Below, piece by piece: positions 49,403-58,019 of a stretch of DNA of 64,000 nucleotides. Under the pieces are notes generated by a model. It worked only from the letters and a program-made list of their open reading frames with translations, did no database searches and was not told the DNA's origin. How positions within the stretch are numbered: position 1 is the stretch's first letter; every line of letters begins with the position of its first letter. The translations under genes and the position numbers were made by a program. Source of the stretch: Candidatus Woesearchaeota archaeon (GTDB lineage Archaea; Nanobdellota; Nanobdellia; Pacearchaeales; GW2011-AR1); the NCBI GenBank assembly GCA_964495875.1, contig CAZBWB010000001.1, positions 78,483 through 142,482 of the forward strand, in the 5' to 3' direction.

Positions 49403-49848
49403 TTTCCCTCCTGAAAAGCTTTGATTAATTCTGAAGATGACTGAACTTTGTTTCCAAGCCTGTCAATTATTCTAATTCCTAATTTCCTGCACGTTTCTGC
49501 TTCTGGAATCTCACTACTAAATCTGTCTCCACCTTTGGCAAATATATCTGGTTTTACTGCTTCAAGGGATTTGCAAACACTTCTGTCTTCATCAATGCTA
49601 ACAAAAATTTCATCGACAAATTTAATAGCCTCTAAAATTGCTTTTCTGTCTTCCAAAGGCATAAAGGGTTTTCCTTTTTTCAAAATTAATTGCTTATCAT
49701 TATTCAAAATAACGACTAACTTGGCTCCGATTTTATCTGCAAGCTCCTTTGATAATTTTAAATATTCAATATGCCCCCTGTGCATAGGGTCAAAGTATCC
49801 GCTGGCAGCAACTATTTTCATTTTTTCTTCTGTCATTTTAACTAACAT
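49399..49848 (-). CDS. cytidylyltransferase-family nucleotidyltransferase (RfaE domain II / RibL-like, HxGH class)
   Basis: IVAASGYFDPMHRGHIEYL (HxGH). VVILNNDKQL. KPDIFAKGGD. The QSSSELI end matches the RfaE-II/heptose-1-P adenylyltransferase pattern, and archaeal FAD synthase RibL is related. 149 aa. Confidence 0.7.
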   Translation of the reverse strand: MLVKMTEEKMKIVAASGYFDPMHRGHIEYLKLSKELADKIGAKLVVILNNDKQLILKKGKPFMPLEDRKAILEAIKFVDEIFVSIDEDRSVCKSLEAVKPDIFAKGGDRFSSEIPEAETCRKLGIRIIDRLGNKVQSSSELIKAFQEGK

Positions 49849-49980
49849 CCCTCCATATCCACAAAATTTAAATATATTGAATTATTAAAGAAAATGTAAG
49901 AGTTGCCTGGAGGAGTTGTGCGGATGCCTCTGGCTTTTAAACATAACATAATCGGGGTTTGTATCTTTTGATACCCACTC

Positions 49981-50457
49981 TTACTTTCTTTTGAATTTGA
50001 ATAATACATCTTCTATCATTTCCTTTTTAATTATTAAACTGGCATACTTCTTTCTTCTAAAAGTTTTCAGTGCAATATTATGTCCTCCTGATTTTGATTC
50101 CTCTCCTTTTCTTTGAATTATTTTAATTTCATTGAGATAATTATGTTCTTTAAAAAGTAAGGGAAGTAGATTAGTTATTCTTCTGAAATTAACATCCTTG
50201 CAAATTTTAATTTCTTTAACATCGTCTAAAGAGTCTTTAATACAAAAATAAATCATAATGCAATGCAGTTTCTCAATCAAATTAGTCACCTGTCCTTTAT
50301 ATTTTTTAATTATTTCTTTTTTTACCTTACTACGCAAATAAACATTTTTTTCAATTCCATTATCTCTTCTAAAACCTAGAGCAGAATCATGATTAATCTG
50401 CTGAATTTGCCCACTAATATCAACTTCCATTATTTTATTCTTTTTTCCCATATTCAT
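49981..50457 (-). CDS. hypothetical protein (158 aa) within the gyrB-gyrA gene string
   Basis: ORF from the track. Its start overlaps the stop of the upstream zinc-ribbon gene at 50454-50457. No motif recognised. Confidence 0.4.
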   Translation of the reverse strand: MNMGKKNKIMEVDISGQIQQINHDSALGFRRDNGIEKNVYLRSKVKKEIIKKYKGQVTNLIEKLHCIMIYFCIKDSLDDVKEIKICKDVNFRRITNLLPLLFKEHNYLNEIKIIQRKGEESKSGGHNIALKTFRRKKYASLIIKKEMIEDVLFKFKRK

Positions 50458-50771
50458 GCAACCTCCTCACCTTTTTCATCCAGATATTTCATAAATTCAT
50501 CCTCTGTCAATTCTTCCTCTTCAACATCATTTCCTTTCCATTTGCATTTATGACATTCCCATTCTTTTCCTCCGCCTTCTTCAGCATCACTGTTACTTAA
50601 AACAATTCCAACATCACTGCTCCCGCATTTTGGACATTTTCGTATCTTGAATGTTTTTTTGATTTTTTGTTTTTTTATGCCTTTGGCTTTGTTATACTCT
50701 TCCTCTGAATCATAACCTTCAAGTATCCAATCAGGTGTTTTTAGTTTATTTTTCTTAGGCATTTTTATCAT
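50454..50771 (-). CDS. zinc-ribbon protein (105 aa), translationally coupled to gyrB
   Basis: CPKCGSSDVG...CHKCKW. Its start overlaps the gyrB stop at 50768-50771. Confidence 0.45.
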   Translation of the reverse strand: MIKMPKKNKLKTPDWILEGYDSEEEYNKAKGIKKQKIKKTFKIRKCPKCGSSDVGIVLSNSDAEEGGGKEWECHKCKWKGNDVEEEELTEDEFMKYLDEKGEEVA

Positions 50772-52660
50772 ATATCCAACTGAGCCTCCTTAGCATTTTC
50801 TGAAATAAAAACTTTTCTCGCATAAACATCGCTGCCCATTAGCATTGAAAAAGTCCTGTCTGCTTCAACAGCATCTTCTATAAATATTTTTTTAATCTTT
50901 CTTGTTTTTGGATTCATAGTGGTATCCCAAAGCTGAATAACACTCATTTCTCCCAAACCCTTAAATCTTGTAACATTCAATGCCCCGCCTAATTTATCAA
51001 TAATCTTTTTCAATTCCAAGTCTGAATAAACATAATAATCTTTTTTCTTTCTTACTCTGTACAGGGGAGGAAGAGCAACATAAATATTTCCATTTTCAAT
51101 CAATCTTGGCATAAACCTGAAAAAGAATGTCAGTAAAAGAGTCTTGATGTGCTCTCCATCAACATCTGCATCAGTCATAATTACAATTTTATTATATCTT
51201 AATTTATCCGGGTTAAACTGCTCGCCAACACCAGTTCCAATTACTGTAATTAAATTAGTTATTTCTTCTGAAGACAAAGCACGAACAGGATTTGATTTTT
51301 CAACATTCAGAATTTTTCCCTGAATCGGAAGTATGGCTTGTTTTTCTTTATTCCTTGCTGTTTTTGCGCTCCCGCCAGCACTTTCTCCCTCCACAATATA
51401 AAGTTCTGTATCATCTGATTTTTTGCTCGAACAGTCTGCAAGTTTCCCAGGCAAACCCCCAAGCGAGAATGCATTTTTTCTTCTTACTAAATCCTTGGCT
51501 TTTTTAGCGGCAATTCTGGCTTTTGCAGCATCTGCAACTTTTGAAATAATTTTTTTAGCAACAGAAGGATTTTCTTCAAAAAATTCTGATAAAGCACTGG
51601 TGATAACAGAATCAACAAAGCCTTTAACTTCACTGTTTCCAAGTTTGGTTTTTGTCTGTCCTTCAAATTGCGGTTCTGGAATTTTTATGCTTACGATAGA
51701 AGCAAGTCCTTCTCTCACATCATCACCGAGTATTGAATTATCTTTTAACATTCCTTTTTTCTTTGCATAATCATTAACAACCCGTGTCAGTGCTGTTTTA
51801 AAACCAGAAATATGAGTCCCTCCCTCAACAGTATTTATGGTATTTACAAAACCAAAAATATTTTCCTGATAACCGCTGTTATACTGAATGGCAACTTCAA
51901 TTATAGTATGGTCCATTTCTCTCTTAAAATAAATCGGCTTATGCAGCGATTCTTTTGATTGATTAATCCATTTTACAAATTCAATAAGTCCGCCAGAAGC
52001 CAAAAATTCTTTTTTCTTGTTTTTTATTTCATCATTTAAAGTAATTTTCAAACCTGCATTCAAAAAAGCAATTTCTCTTAACCTGGTTTCCAAAACTTTG
52101 TAATCAAAATTGACTGTAGAAAAAATCTGTTCATCAGGCCAGAAAGTGATTTTAGTTCCAGTGTCAGATTTATTACATTTCCCGGCAACTTTAAGTTTTG
52201 TTTTAGGATTTCCTCGGGAATATTCCTGACTTTGGATTTTTCCGTCTCTTTTCACTTCTATAATTAATTTTTTTGAAAGTGCATTCACAACACTTATACC
52301 AACACCATGCAAACCTCCTGAAATCATATAAGATTTTTTGTCAAATTTTCCGCCAGCATGAAGTTTTGTTAATGCAAGCTGAACAGCGGGAACTTTATAA
52401 ATCGGATGAATATCCACAGGAATTCCTCTGCCATCATCTTCAATTGTTGCAGAGCCGTCTTTATTCAAAGAAACATTTATTTCCTTACAATAACCTGCCA
52501 GTGCCTCATCAACAGAATTATCAACAGTTTCAGAGATTAAATGATGCAAACCATCACTGCTCGTGCTACCTATATACATGCTCGGTCTTTTTCTTACTCC
52601 TTCCAGACCTTCCAAAACCTTTATCTTTTCTGCACTGTATTTTTCTGTTATTTTTTCCAT
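50768..52660 (-). CDS. gyrB: DNA gyrase subunit B
   Basis: GHKL ATPase N-terminus. Toprim EGESAGGSAK. PLRGKILN-like region. 630 aa. Confidence 0.95.
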   Translation of the reverse strand: MEKITEKYSAEKIKVLEGLEGVRKRPSMYIGSTSSDGLHHLISETVDNSVDEALAGYCKEINVSLNKDGSATIEDDGRGIPVDIHPIYKVPAVQLALTKLHAGGKFDKKSYMISGGLHGVGISVVNALSKKLIIEVKRDGKIQSQEYSRGNPKTKLKVAGKCNKSDTGTKITFWPDEQIFSTVNFDYKVLETRLREIAFLNAGLKITLNDEIKNKKKEFLASGGLIEFVKWINQSKESLHKPIYFKREMDHTIIEVAIQYNSGYQENIFGFVNTINTVEGGTHISGFKTALTRVVNDYAKKKGMLKDNSILGDDVREGLASIVSIKIPEPQFEGQTKTKLGNSEVKGFVDSVITSALSEFFEENPSVAKKIISKVADAAKARIAAKKAKDLVRRKNAFSLGGLPGKLADCSSKKSDDTELYIVEGESAGGSAKTARNKEKQAILPIQGKILNVEKSNPVRALSSEEITNLITVIGTGVGEQFNPDKLRYNKIVIMTDADVDGEHIKTLLLTFFFRFMPRLIENGNIYVALPPLYRVRKKKDYYVYSDLELKKIIDKLGGALNVTRFKGLGEMSVIQLWDTTMNPKTRKIKKIFIEDAVEADRTFSMLMGSDVYARKVFISENAKEAQLDI

Positions 52661-52933
52661 TTTAATTTTCAGAGAGGACTAGCCAAGATTGAACAATTTT
52701 AGGTAATTTCTTAACTAGATTTCCTCAAATCTATACTCCAAAAAAGACATAATCCTTTATAAATCTTTCTCCTCAAAAATTAAATTTGTCGTCGATAAAA
52801 GTAGAAAAATTCAAATTCTCTGTTAAAATAGGGGGTATTACAATGATGAATATATAACTGATAAAAATGAGTGATTATTATCCTGTTTTGATTATTAATT
52901 ATTCTGCATTTATTCTGCTATAGCAGACATTTT

Positions 52934-53105
52934 TTAAGAATTACTTTTCTTCTTCTTGCTAATCCATCTGACTCTTCGTCTCTTCATTTTCATATTTTTC
53001 CTGCATTTTGAAGAGCACAAATGCTTCACGCTTCCATCTTTCAAAACAAGAGTTAATCCTTTATGCAAATCATACTCTTTCCCGCAATAAGAACATTTAG
53101 GCATA
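52934..53105 (-). CDS. rpl24e: 50S ribosomal protein L24e, with an apparent +1 frameshift (or sequencing error) in the second codon
   Basis: The frame from 53104 reads CPKCSYCGKEYDLHKGLTLVLKDGSVKHLCSSKCRKNMKMKRRRVRWISKKKKSNS*. This is an L24e C4 zinc finger, but it is preceded by TGA-ATA. The ATG at 53103-53105 is out of frame by one C (atgCCCtaa). Removing one C gives a canonical MPKCSYCG start. Confidence 0.6.
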
Positions 53106-53174
53106 TTCAAACTCCCTGCTCAAACTCAGCATTGAATGGAGTTTGAATGCTTGAAAATCTTTGATTTTCATTGT

Positions 53175-53468
53175 TTAAGTATAAACCCCCTTCGTAACTT
53201 TTGATTTAATTTTTCTTGCTTCAATTTCAGTTTCTCTCAGCATAAGAATATCTCCAATTCTCACAGGTCCTTTGACATTTCTTCTCATGCTTCTGCCTTT
53301 GTCTTTTCCTTCCTGCACCAAACATTTAACCTGTGTTATCTCTCCTCTAAAACCAGTTCTTCCGATAATCTCTTCAACCAAAGCAGGAACAGCTGTCTCA
53401 CTTAAAATCTTTGCACTTCCTTTTGAAGATTCTGCTTTTCCCTGTCTAACTTTCTGTTGTTTTGCCAT
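53175..53468 (-). CDS. rps28e: 30S ribosomal protein S28e
   Basis: [21 protein letters not shown]...[25 protein letters not shown] matches S28e. Confidence 0.9.
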   Translation of the reverse strand: MAKQQKVRQGKAESSKGSAKILSETAVPALVEEIIGRTGFRGEITQVKCLVQEGKDKGRSMRRNVKGPVRIGDILMLRETEIEARKIKSKVTKGVYT

Positions 53469-53472
53469 TTTA

Positions 53473-53667
53473 TTATAAGTCTTTATTTGCTACTAACCCC
53501 TTTGATGCTTTACGAGACTTAACATAACACCGTTCTCCATTATTCATACAATGTCTCCTAAAATACCAATCATTCAAGGCACCTATACATCCTTTTTCTG
53601 CATATATACATATATTATCCCATTCTTCAGTAAATCTTTTTTCAAGTTGTTCTAATCTTTCTGCCAT
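53473..53667 (-). CDS. small Cys4 protein (64 aa) inserted between rpl7ae and rps28e
   Basis: CIYAEKGC...CMNNGERC gives CX6C...CX6C spacing. No family recognised. Confidence 0.4.
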   Translation of the reverse strand: MAERLEQLEKRFTEEWDNICIYAEKGCIGALNDWYFRRHCMNNGERCYVKSRKASKGLVANKDL

Positions 53668-53668
53668 T

Positions 53669-53998
53669 TTATTTCAATCCTGCAATTTCTTTATCAGCAT
53701 CTCCTGGTTCAATTACTGCTACAGAAGAAGTCGGAACAGAAATATTAACTGCAATTCCAAGTTTTTGTTTGCTTTCAACTTCTCGGCAAGGAATTCCCTT
53801 TTCTTTACATAAAACAGGAATATGTTTGACAATTTCCTTTGGTTCTACATCTGCAGCATAAACTACTAATTTTGCGGTTCCTCTCTCAATCGCCTTGGTA
53901 ACTTCGTTAGTTCCTTTTTCAACTTTCCCTGTTTTCGCACAGATTTCAATCAAATTATATATATCTACCATCATAATTTCGAGGATAAGAATCCTCAT
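53669..53998 (-). CDS. rpl7ae: 50S ribosomal protein L7Ae (K-turn binding); the true start is probably an internal Met
   Basis: VEKGTNEVTKAIERGTAKLVVYAADVEPKEIVKHIPVLCKEKGIPCREVESKQKLG is the L7Ae/L30e fold signature. Confidence 0.9.
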   Translation of the reverse strand: MRILILEIMMVDIYNLIEICAKTGKVEKGTNEVTKAIERGTAKLVVYAADVEPKEIVKHIPVLCKEKGIPCREVESKQKLGIAVNISVPTSSVAVIEPGDADKEIAGLK

Positions 53999-54149
53999 AT
54001 CATTGGATAGATTAACATGATAAAATCAATTTATAAAGTTTTCTTAAAACTTTGACACAGTCCACAAACCAAAAAATATTTATAAAATGTCCACAAAGAG
54101 GATATTAGAAATCAGATGATTCACACAAGATTGAATTGAGATTGCATAA

Positions 54150-54494
54150 TTAAATTCTATTTACTTCAAAACAAATCATAAATATTTCATGTTGTTTAAA
54201 TTCATCCATTAAATATTTTCTTAACTCTTCAAAAAAAGAGATATTATCTCCTTTAATATCCACACAAATTTCCCACTTATAACAAACATCATAATATCTT
54301 TTATTTGTATCTGCATCAGTCCATATGCCTTGAATAGAACCAGGATGTATTGAAAGACATCCAAACTTCCTTATTATTTTATTTTTTGCTTTTCGATATT
54401 TATTAGCTTCAATTGGTTTTCCAAATTCTTCTGGGTTTGATTCATTATTATAAAAAGTTGGTAAATAAAATTCATATCTTAGTTGGGGTGGCAT
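54150..54494 (-). CDS. hypothetical protein (114 aa), overlapping the upstream co-oriented ORF
   Basis: ORF from the track. It overlaps the 143-aa ORF by 16 nt. Confidence 0.4.
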   Translation of the reverse strand: MPPQLRYEFYLPTFYNNESNPEEFGKPIEANKYRKAKNKIIRKFGCLSIHPGSIQGIWTDADTNKRYYDVCYKWEICVDIKGDNISFFEELRKYLMDEFKQHEIFMICFEVNRI

Positions 54495-54910
54495 TTTGTA
54501 TTTCCTTCCAAGTTGTTATTTTGTTTCACCACTTTTTGCTTTTCAACAGATTCGAATTTTATGTTTTTTTCTTGTAACTTTTTTAGAGCAACTTCATCTA
54601 TGATATATTCTTCATCCTCCAAACATACTATTGAAGCTCCAGAAGTCATCAATGTAAAAAATCCAAAATCTTTATTTTCTTCAGAATCATTCAACCTAAT
54701 ATGAAAAAGTCCACTAACCATTCTTTTTCTACATCTCCTTTTTATATAAATATTTATATTTTTTAGTATATTTAAATCTTCTTTAAAAGATGGCTTTGCA
54801 CAAACCTCCACTCCTGCACAAAATAAGGTGGGGATGCACAAAATTTTGGATTTTGGATTTTGGGAAAGTTTTAAATATAAGCATGATTTTCTTATTTTGG
54901 CGTAAGCCAA
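54479..54910 (-). CDS. hypothetical protein (up to 143 aa; the true start may be the internal Met at MVSGLFHIRL)
   Basis: ORF from the track. Confidence 0.35.
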   Translation of the reverse strand: MAYAKIRKSCLYLKLSQNPKSKILCIPTLFCAGVEVCAKPSFKEDLNILKNINIYIKRRCRKRMVSGLFHIRLNDSEENKDFGFFTLMTSGASIVCLEDEEYIIDEVALKKLQEKNIKFESVEKQKVVKQNNNLEGNTKCHPN

Positions 54911-55130
54911 CGGTAGTTTGCGATTTACTTCTCAAATTACCAAATACTTGAGAAATCAAGAACTGCCGTTTCACATTCACTATCACAAATCACCTTCATA
55001 TTCAATAAGTATTTGGTAAAAATCTTTTTGAAAGAGATAAACTCAAAAGAGTTATCTTTGCGAAAGCAGAATTAATTTGTAAAAATGAAAGATAAAACAA
55101 CAACAAAGTTTAGAAAGAGATTATTATATT

Positions 55131-55313
55131 CCAGTCAGTCCGTTGCAACGGGCTCTCAAAATGTTAATGCAGCTGCAGAGCCTGGGTAAAGGAATGATAT
55201 TTGATTTTGCTACATTTGTAGCCAAATAGTCCGAGTCAAACCGACATACAAAACCTTCTCGGGGGCGGAGTGTGGCTGGCTGGAATGGTGGACTACTTAC
55301 TGGCTTCAAAAAT
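55131..55313 (+). ncRNA. candidate structured ncRNA of unknown class (strand uncertain), GC-enriched
   Basis: Local GC is far above the ~30% background. There is terminal complementarity ccagtcagtc...gactacttactgg. Internal helices include cgggctct/agagcctg, gctac-attt-gtagc and ccgag...ctcgg, plus palindromes ccgttgcaacgg and gcagctgc. The track's 61-aa ORF here has atypical composition. Confidence 0.3.
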
Positions 55314-55372
55314 GATTAAGAAATTGAATATCATAAAAAAATTATGTAACACTTATATATAAACTTTTCTAA

Positions 55373-56032
55373 TCATTTTTTGGTTAATTTTTTTCTCCTT
55401 CTAAAAAACACAATTCCTCCAACAAGCATAGTTATCAATACAACAATTAAAATAATCCCAACCCTTGATTTTGCAAAAAATCCTGTGACTGCTCCTGTTA
55501 TTTTTGCAAAGAATCCTGTTGAAGATTGTGTTAACGGCAATGTTTCACTAATATTTTCTTCAGAACAAAACCTAAATGTTATTGGTTTGTAAGCTGTTGT
55601 TCCACACTGATTCAAATCTATACACACTCTTTTTTGTTCACTATTTATACAATCTTCCCAGTCATAACATTCCCATCTTTCCTTGCAGATAGATAATTTT
55701 ACTTTACTGCTTCCACCACCACTTCCTCCAGAAGATGAATCTGAACTTTGCTCTTTTCCTAAAGTGTAAAAATCTATTTTAAAATTAGAATCAGAAGAAA
55801 AATATTTGTTCGTGGTAATTGTAATGTTAGCTCCATCTTGGGTTATATTCAGATATTCTTCCTCAATTCCAGAAATATTCCAATATACTTTTTCTGTTGT
55901 TCCAATATTAAAAGTATAAGAATCTCCAGCAGAAATATTAATATTTAAAGCACTTATGATTCCAATTCCAAATAGTAAAATTATTCCAAACATTAAACTT
56001 ATTTGTTTTTTCATTTTTTCGCTCATGCTCAT
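55373..56032 (-). CDS. type I membrane / cell-surface protein with a Cys-rich module and a C-terminal TM anchor
   Basis: N-terminal signal. Ser/Gly linker SSDSSSGGSGGGSS. CKERWECYDWEDCINSEQKRVCIDLNQCG. C-terminal TM IILIVVLITMLVGGIVFF followed by RRRKK. Confidence 0.45.
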   Translation of the reverse strand: MSMSEKMKKQISLMFGIILLFGIGIISALNINISAGDSYTFNIGTTEKVYWNISGIEEEYLNITQDGANITITTNKYFSSDSNFKIDFYTLGKEQSSDSSSGGSGGGSSKVKLSICKERWECYDWEDCINSEQKRVCIDLNQCGTTAYKPITFRFCSEENISETLPLTQSSTGFFAKITGAVTGFFAKSRVGIILIVVLITMLVGGIVFFRRRKKLTKK

Positions 56033-56092
56033 CAGCTTCGGACTTTTACCGAAGGAAAATAAAACAAAAATAAAAAATTAATTTTGTTTTGT

Positions 56093-57013
56093 TTATGCAA
56101 CAGTTATTGTTACAGGATAAGTTCCGTCTCCAAGATATTTGTCTATTTCAAACATTGGTTTGAAAGTTATACTGCTATCAGGATAGACAATTATCTTTCC
56201 ATCACTGTTATGGATTAAGTAAGTTTCATAGAAAAATTCACTTGCTCTACTCCAATCCAAACTGTCATCTTCGTTTATTGCATCTTCAGGAACATACCAC
56301 AACTTTGCACCATGGCAAGTTGAATATTCTCCTGTTGAACAATAATTATATTCATCAGCATTTGCATCATCCATATATGGAAGATTTCCGCTTACATCTT
56401 CTACTAAGATTGCCTTTGCTGGACTATTCCATCTGTCACTATTATCTTTGTAGTAAATCAGAACATAATCTTCATGTTCTTCTGCATTGTCATCTTCGAT
56501 GACTTCTGCATTAAACTCATCTCCAACTAAAGTGAATCTTACTTTAACTTCATCTGCATCTTCTGGAATTAGCCAGGGCTCATTTCCAAAATCAACAGTT
56601 TTTTCTGTCAAAACAATTTCACTTACGAAACTAGTTTTTATACTACCATATTCAGTTGCAGATAGATCTACTTCTCTCTCGCTATCTCCATCATTTGAAA
56701 TAGTCACATCACTTCCATAGCAAGTATCTCCTGCATCACAATCAACTTCTTGCGTAAGTTCTCCAGTAACACTAATTGGCTGATTAACATTAACATTAAC
56801 TGTTACTAAAGCATAATATGTTGCTGCTGCAACAAAAGCTAATGCTAATATCACTGGTAAACCAAACAATAAAAGTTTTTTATTCATCTTTCGTTTCATT
56901 TTATTAGACCTCCTTACATCTCTGTAATCCTCTTTTGAATATGTTATCTCATTTGAGGTTATTTTTTCCATCTTAATTTTTCCCAGAATTAGGTCTCTGA
57001 GGTGAACCATCAC
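56093..57013 (-). CDS. secreted/signal-anchored hypothetical protein (about 306 aa; the start is probably the internal MKRKMNKK)
   Basis: TM/signal LLLFGLPVILALAFVAAATYYALV, then an acidic extracellular domain with several Cys. Confidence 0.45.
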   Translation of the reverse strand: MMVHLRDLILGKIKMEKITSNEITYSKEDYRDVRRSNKMKRKMNKKLLLFGLPVILALAFVAAATYYALVTVNVNVNQPISVTGELTQEVDCDAGDTCYGSDVTISNDGDSEREVDLSATEYGSIKTSFVSEIVLTEKTVDFGNEPWLIPEDADEVKVRFTLVGDEFNAEVIEDDNAEEHEDYVLIYYKDNSDRWNSPAKAILVEDVSGNLPYMDDANADEYNYCSTGEYSTCHGAKLWYVPEDAINEDDSLDWSRASEFFYETYLIHNSDGKIIVYPDSSITFKPMFEIDKYLGDGTYPVTITVA

Positions 57014-57068
57014 CTACTCTCTTATAGAAGATTATCCCTATTTAAATGTTACTATTTTATAAGGGATA

Positions 57069-57290
57069 ATGAAACAGCGAAGAGAAGCAATAGAATTAGC
57101 AAAAGAAATTTATCTTTTTATGAAGAAAAACAAGAGAGAATACTCAATAAACAAGATGTGCAAGATAATGAAAGCCAAATATAGGATAGTAGTTACCTGC
57201 CTGAACTTTCTAAGAGATATTGAATTAATCAAAGAGAGGAAGGGGAATAAAAAACCGATTCCTGAAAGACTGTTTTCCCTTAGAAATTAA
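57069..57290 (+). CDS. small putative winged-helix DNA-binding protein (73 aa)
   Basis: Small and basic. A helix-turn-helix-like segment MCKIMKAKYRIVVTCLNFLRDIELI. Confidence 0.3.
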   Translation: MKQRREAIELAKEIYLFMKKNKREYSINKMCKIMKAKYRIVVTCLNFLRDIELIKERKGNKKPIPERLFSLRN

Positions 57291-57435
57291 TAAGATAATT
57301 TATTTTCTTTTCATAATTTTCTTAATTATATCATGTTTTGTACATAATATTTTATTTGGAGGAATAATCTTTCCGCAAATGATGCATCTATTAACCAGTT
57401 TCCTTTTTTTTAATGTCCTAAATTTTATTGCCATT

Positions 57436-57621
57436 TTATTTTATCTTTTTTTCTTTTTTTAATTTAAAAAGATATCTTCTTACGACTTGAGGACTTAATT
57501 TAATTCCATATCTTTCTCTAAGGATTAATGTTGTTCCCCTTATTGTTACAATTCCCCTTCTGTTTACTATATCGAGTATTTTATTTTCTATTTCTTTATT
57601 TTCAATCTTTTTTCGTGCCAT
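57436..57621 (-). CDS. small basic putative DNA-binding protein (61 aa)
   Basis: ORF from the track. It overlaps the stop of the AbrB-like gene by 20 nt. Confidence 0.3.
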   Translation of the reverse strand: MARKKIENKEIENKILDIVNRRGIVTIRGTTLILRERYGIKLSPQVVRRYLFKLKKEKKIK

Positions 57622-57835
57622 TTTTTATTTTGAATATAAATTTTCCAGTAATTGTTATCATATCAGAATTAATTTTTCTTTGAACGATCCATGCGAATTG
57701 ATCCTTTTCAGGATTAATTCTAAAATCTTCAACAATTTCTTTGGGAATTGTAATTCTCATCTGTTTTTTATCTTCAAGTATGTTTACAGGAATTAATCTT
57801 TCTATTTCAAATCCTTCTTTTTCAGTTTTTTCCAT
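57602..57835 (-). CDS. AbrB/SpoVT/MazE-like swapped-hairpin domain protein
   Basis: MRITIPKEIVEDFRI resembles the AbrB-type (R.TIPKEIRE.LGI) motif. 77 aa. Confidence 0.45.
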   Translation of the reverse strand: MEKTEKEGFEIERLIPVNILEDKKQMRITIPKEIVEDFRINPEKDQFAWIVQRKINSDMITITGKFIFKIKNGTKKD

Positions 57836-58008
57836 TTTTTAAGTATCTTCTGTTTATCAATACAAAAGAGAGCCATTATTTCAACCGCATCTGTAAAATT
57901 ACATTCTGGATCCCAACAACCAGTTTTTTTAACAAGACCCAATACTCTCTTTTGTATTCTTTTAGATTTACTACCATTGTTAGCCATAATAGACCAAAGT
58001 TGTTCCAT
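57802..58008 (-). CDS. small hypothetical protein (68 aa)
   Basis: ORF from the track. Confidence 0.3.
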   Translation of the reverse strand: MEQLWSIMANNGSKSKRIQKRVLGLVKKTGCWDPECNFTDAVEIMALFCIDKQKILKKWKKLKKKDLK

Positions 58009-58019
58009 CCTTTTAAATG

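Noticed and set aside
55124-55309. 61-aa minus-strand ORF
   Set aside because: It coincides with the GC-rich structured region. Its Pro/Arg/Cys-rich composition is atypical for this genome and more consistent with a non-coding RNA.
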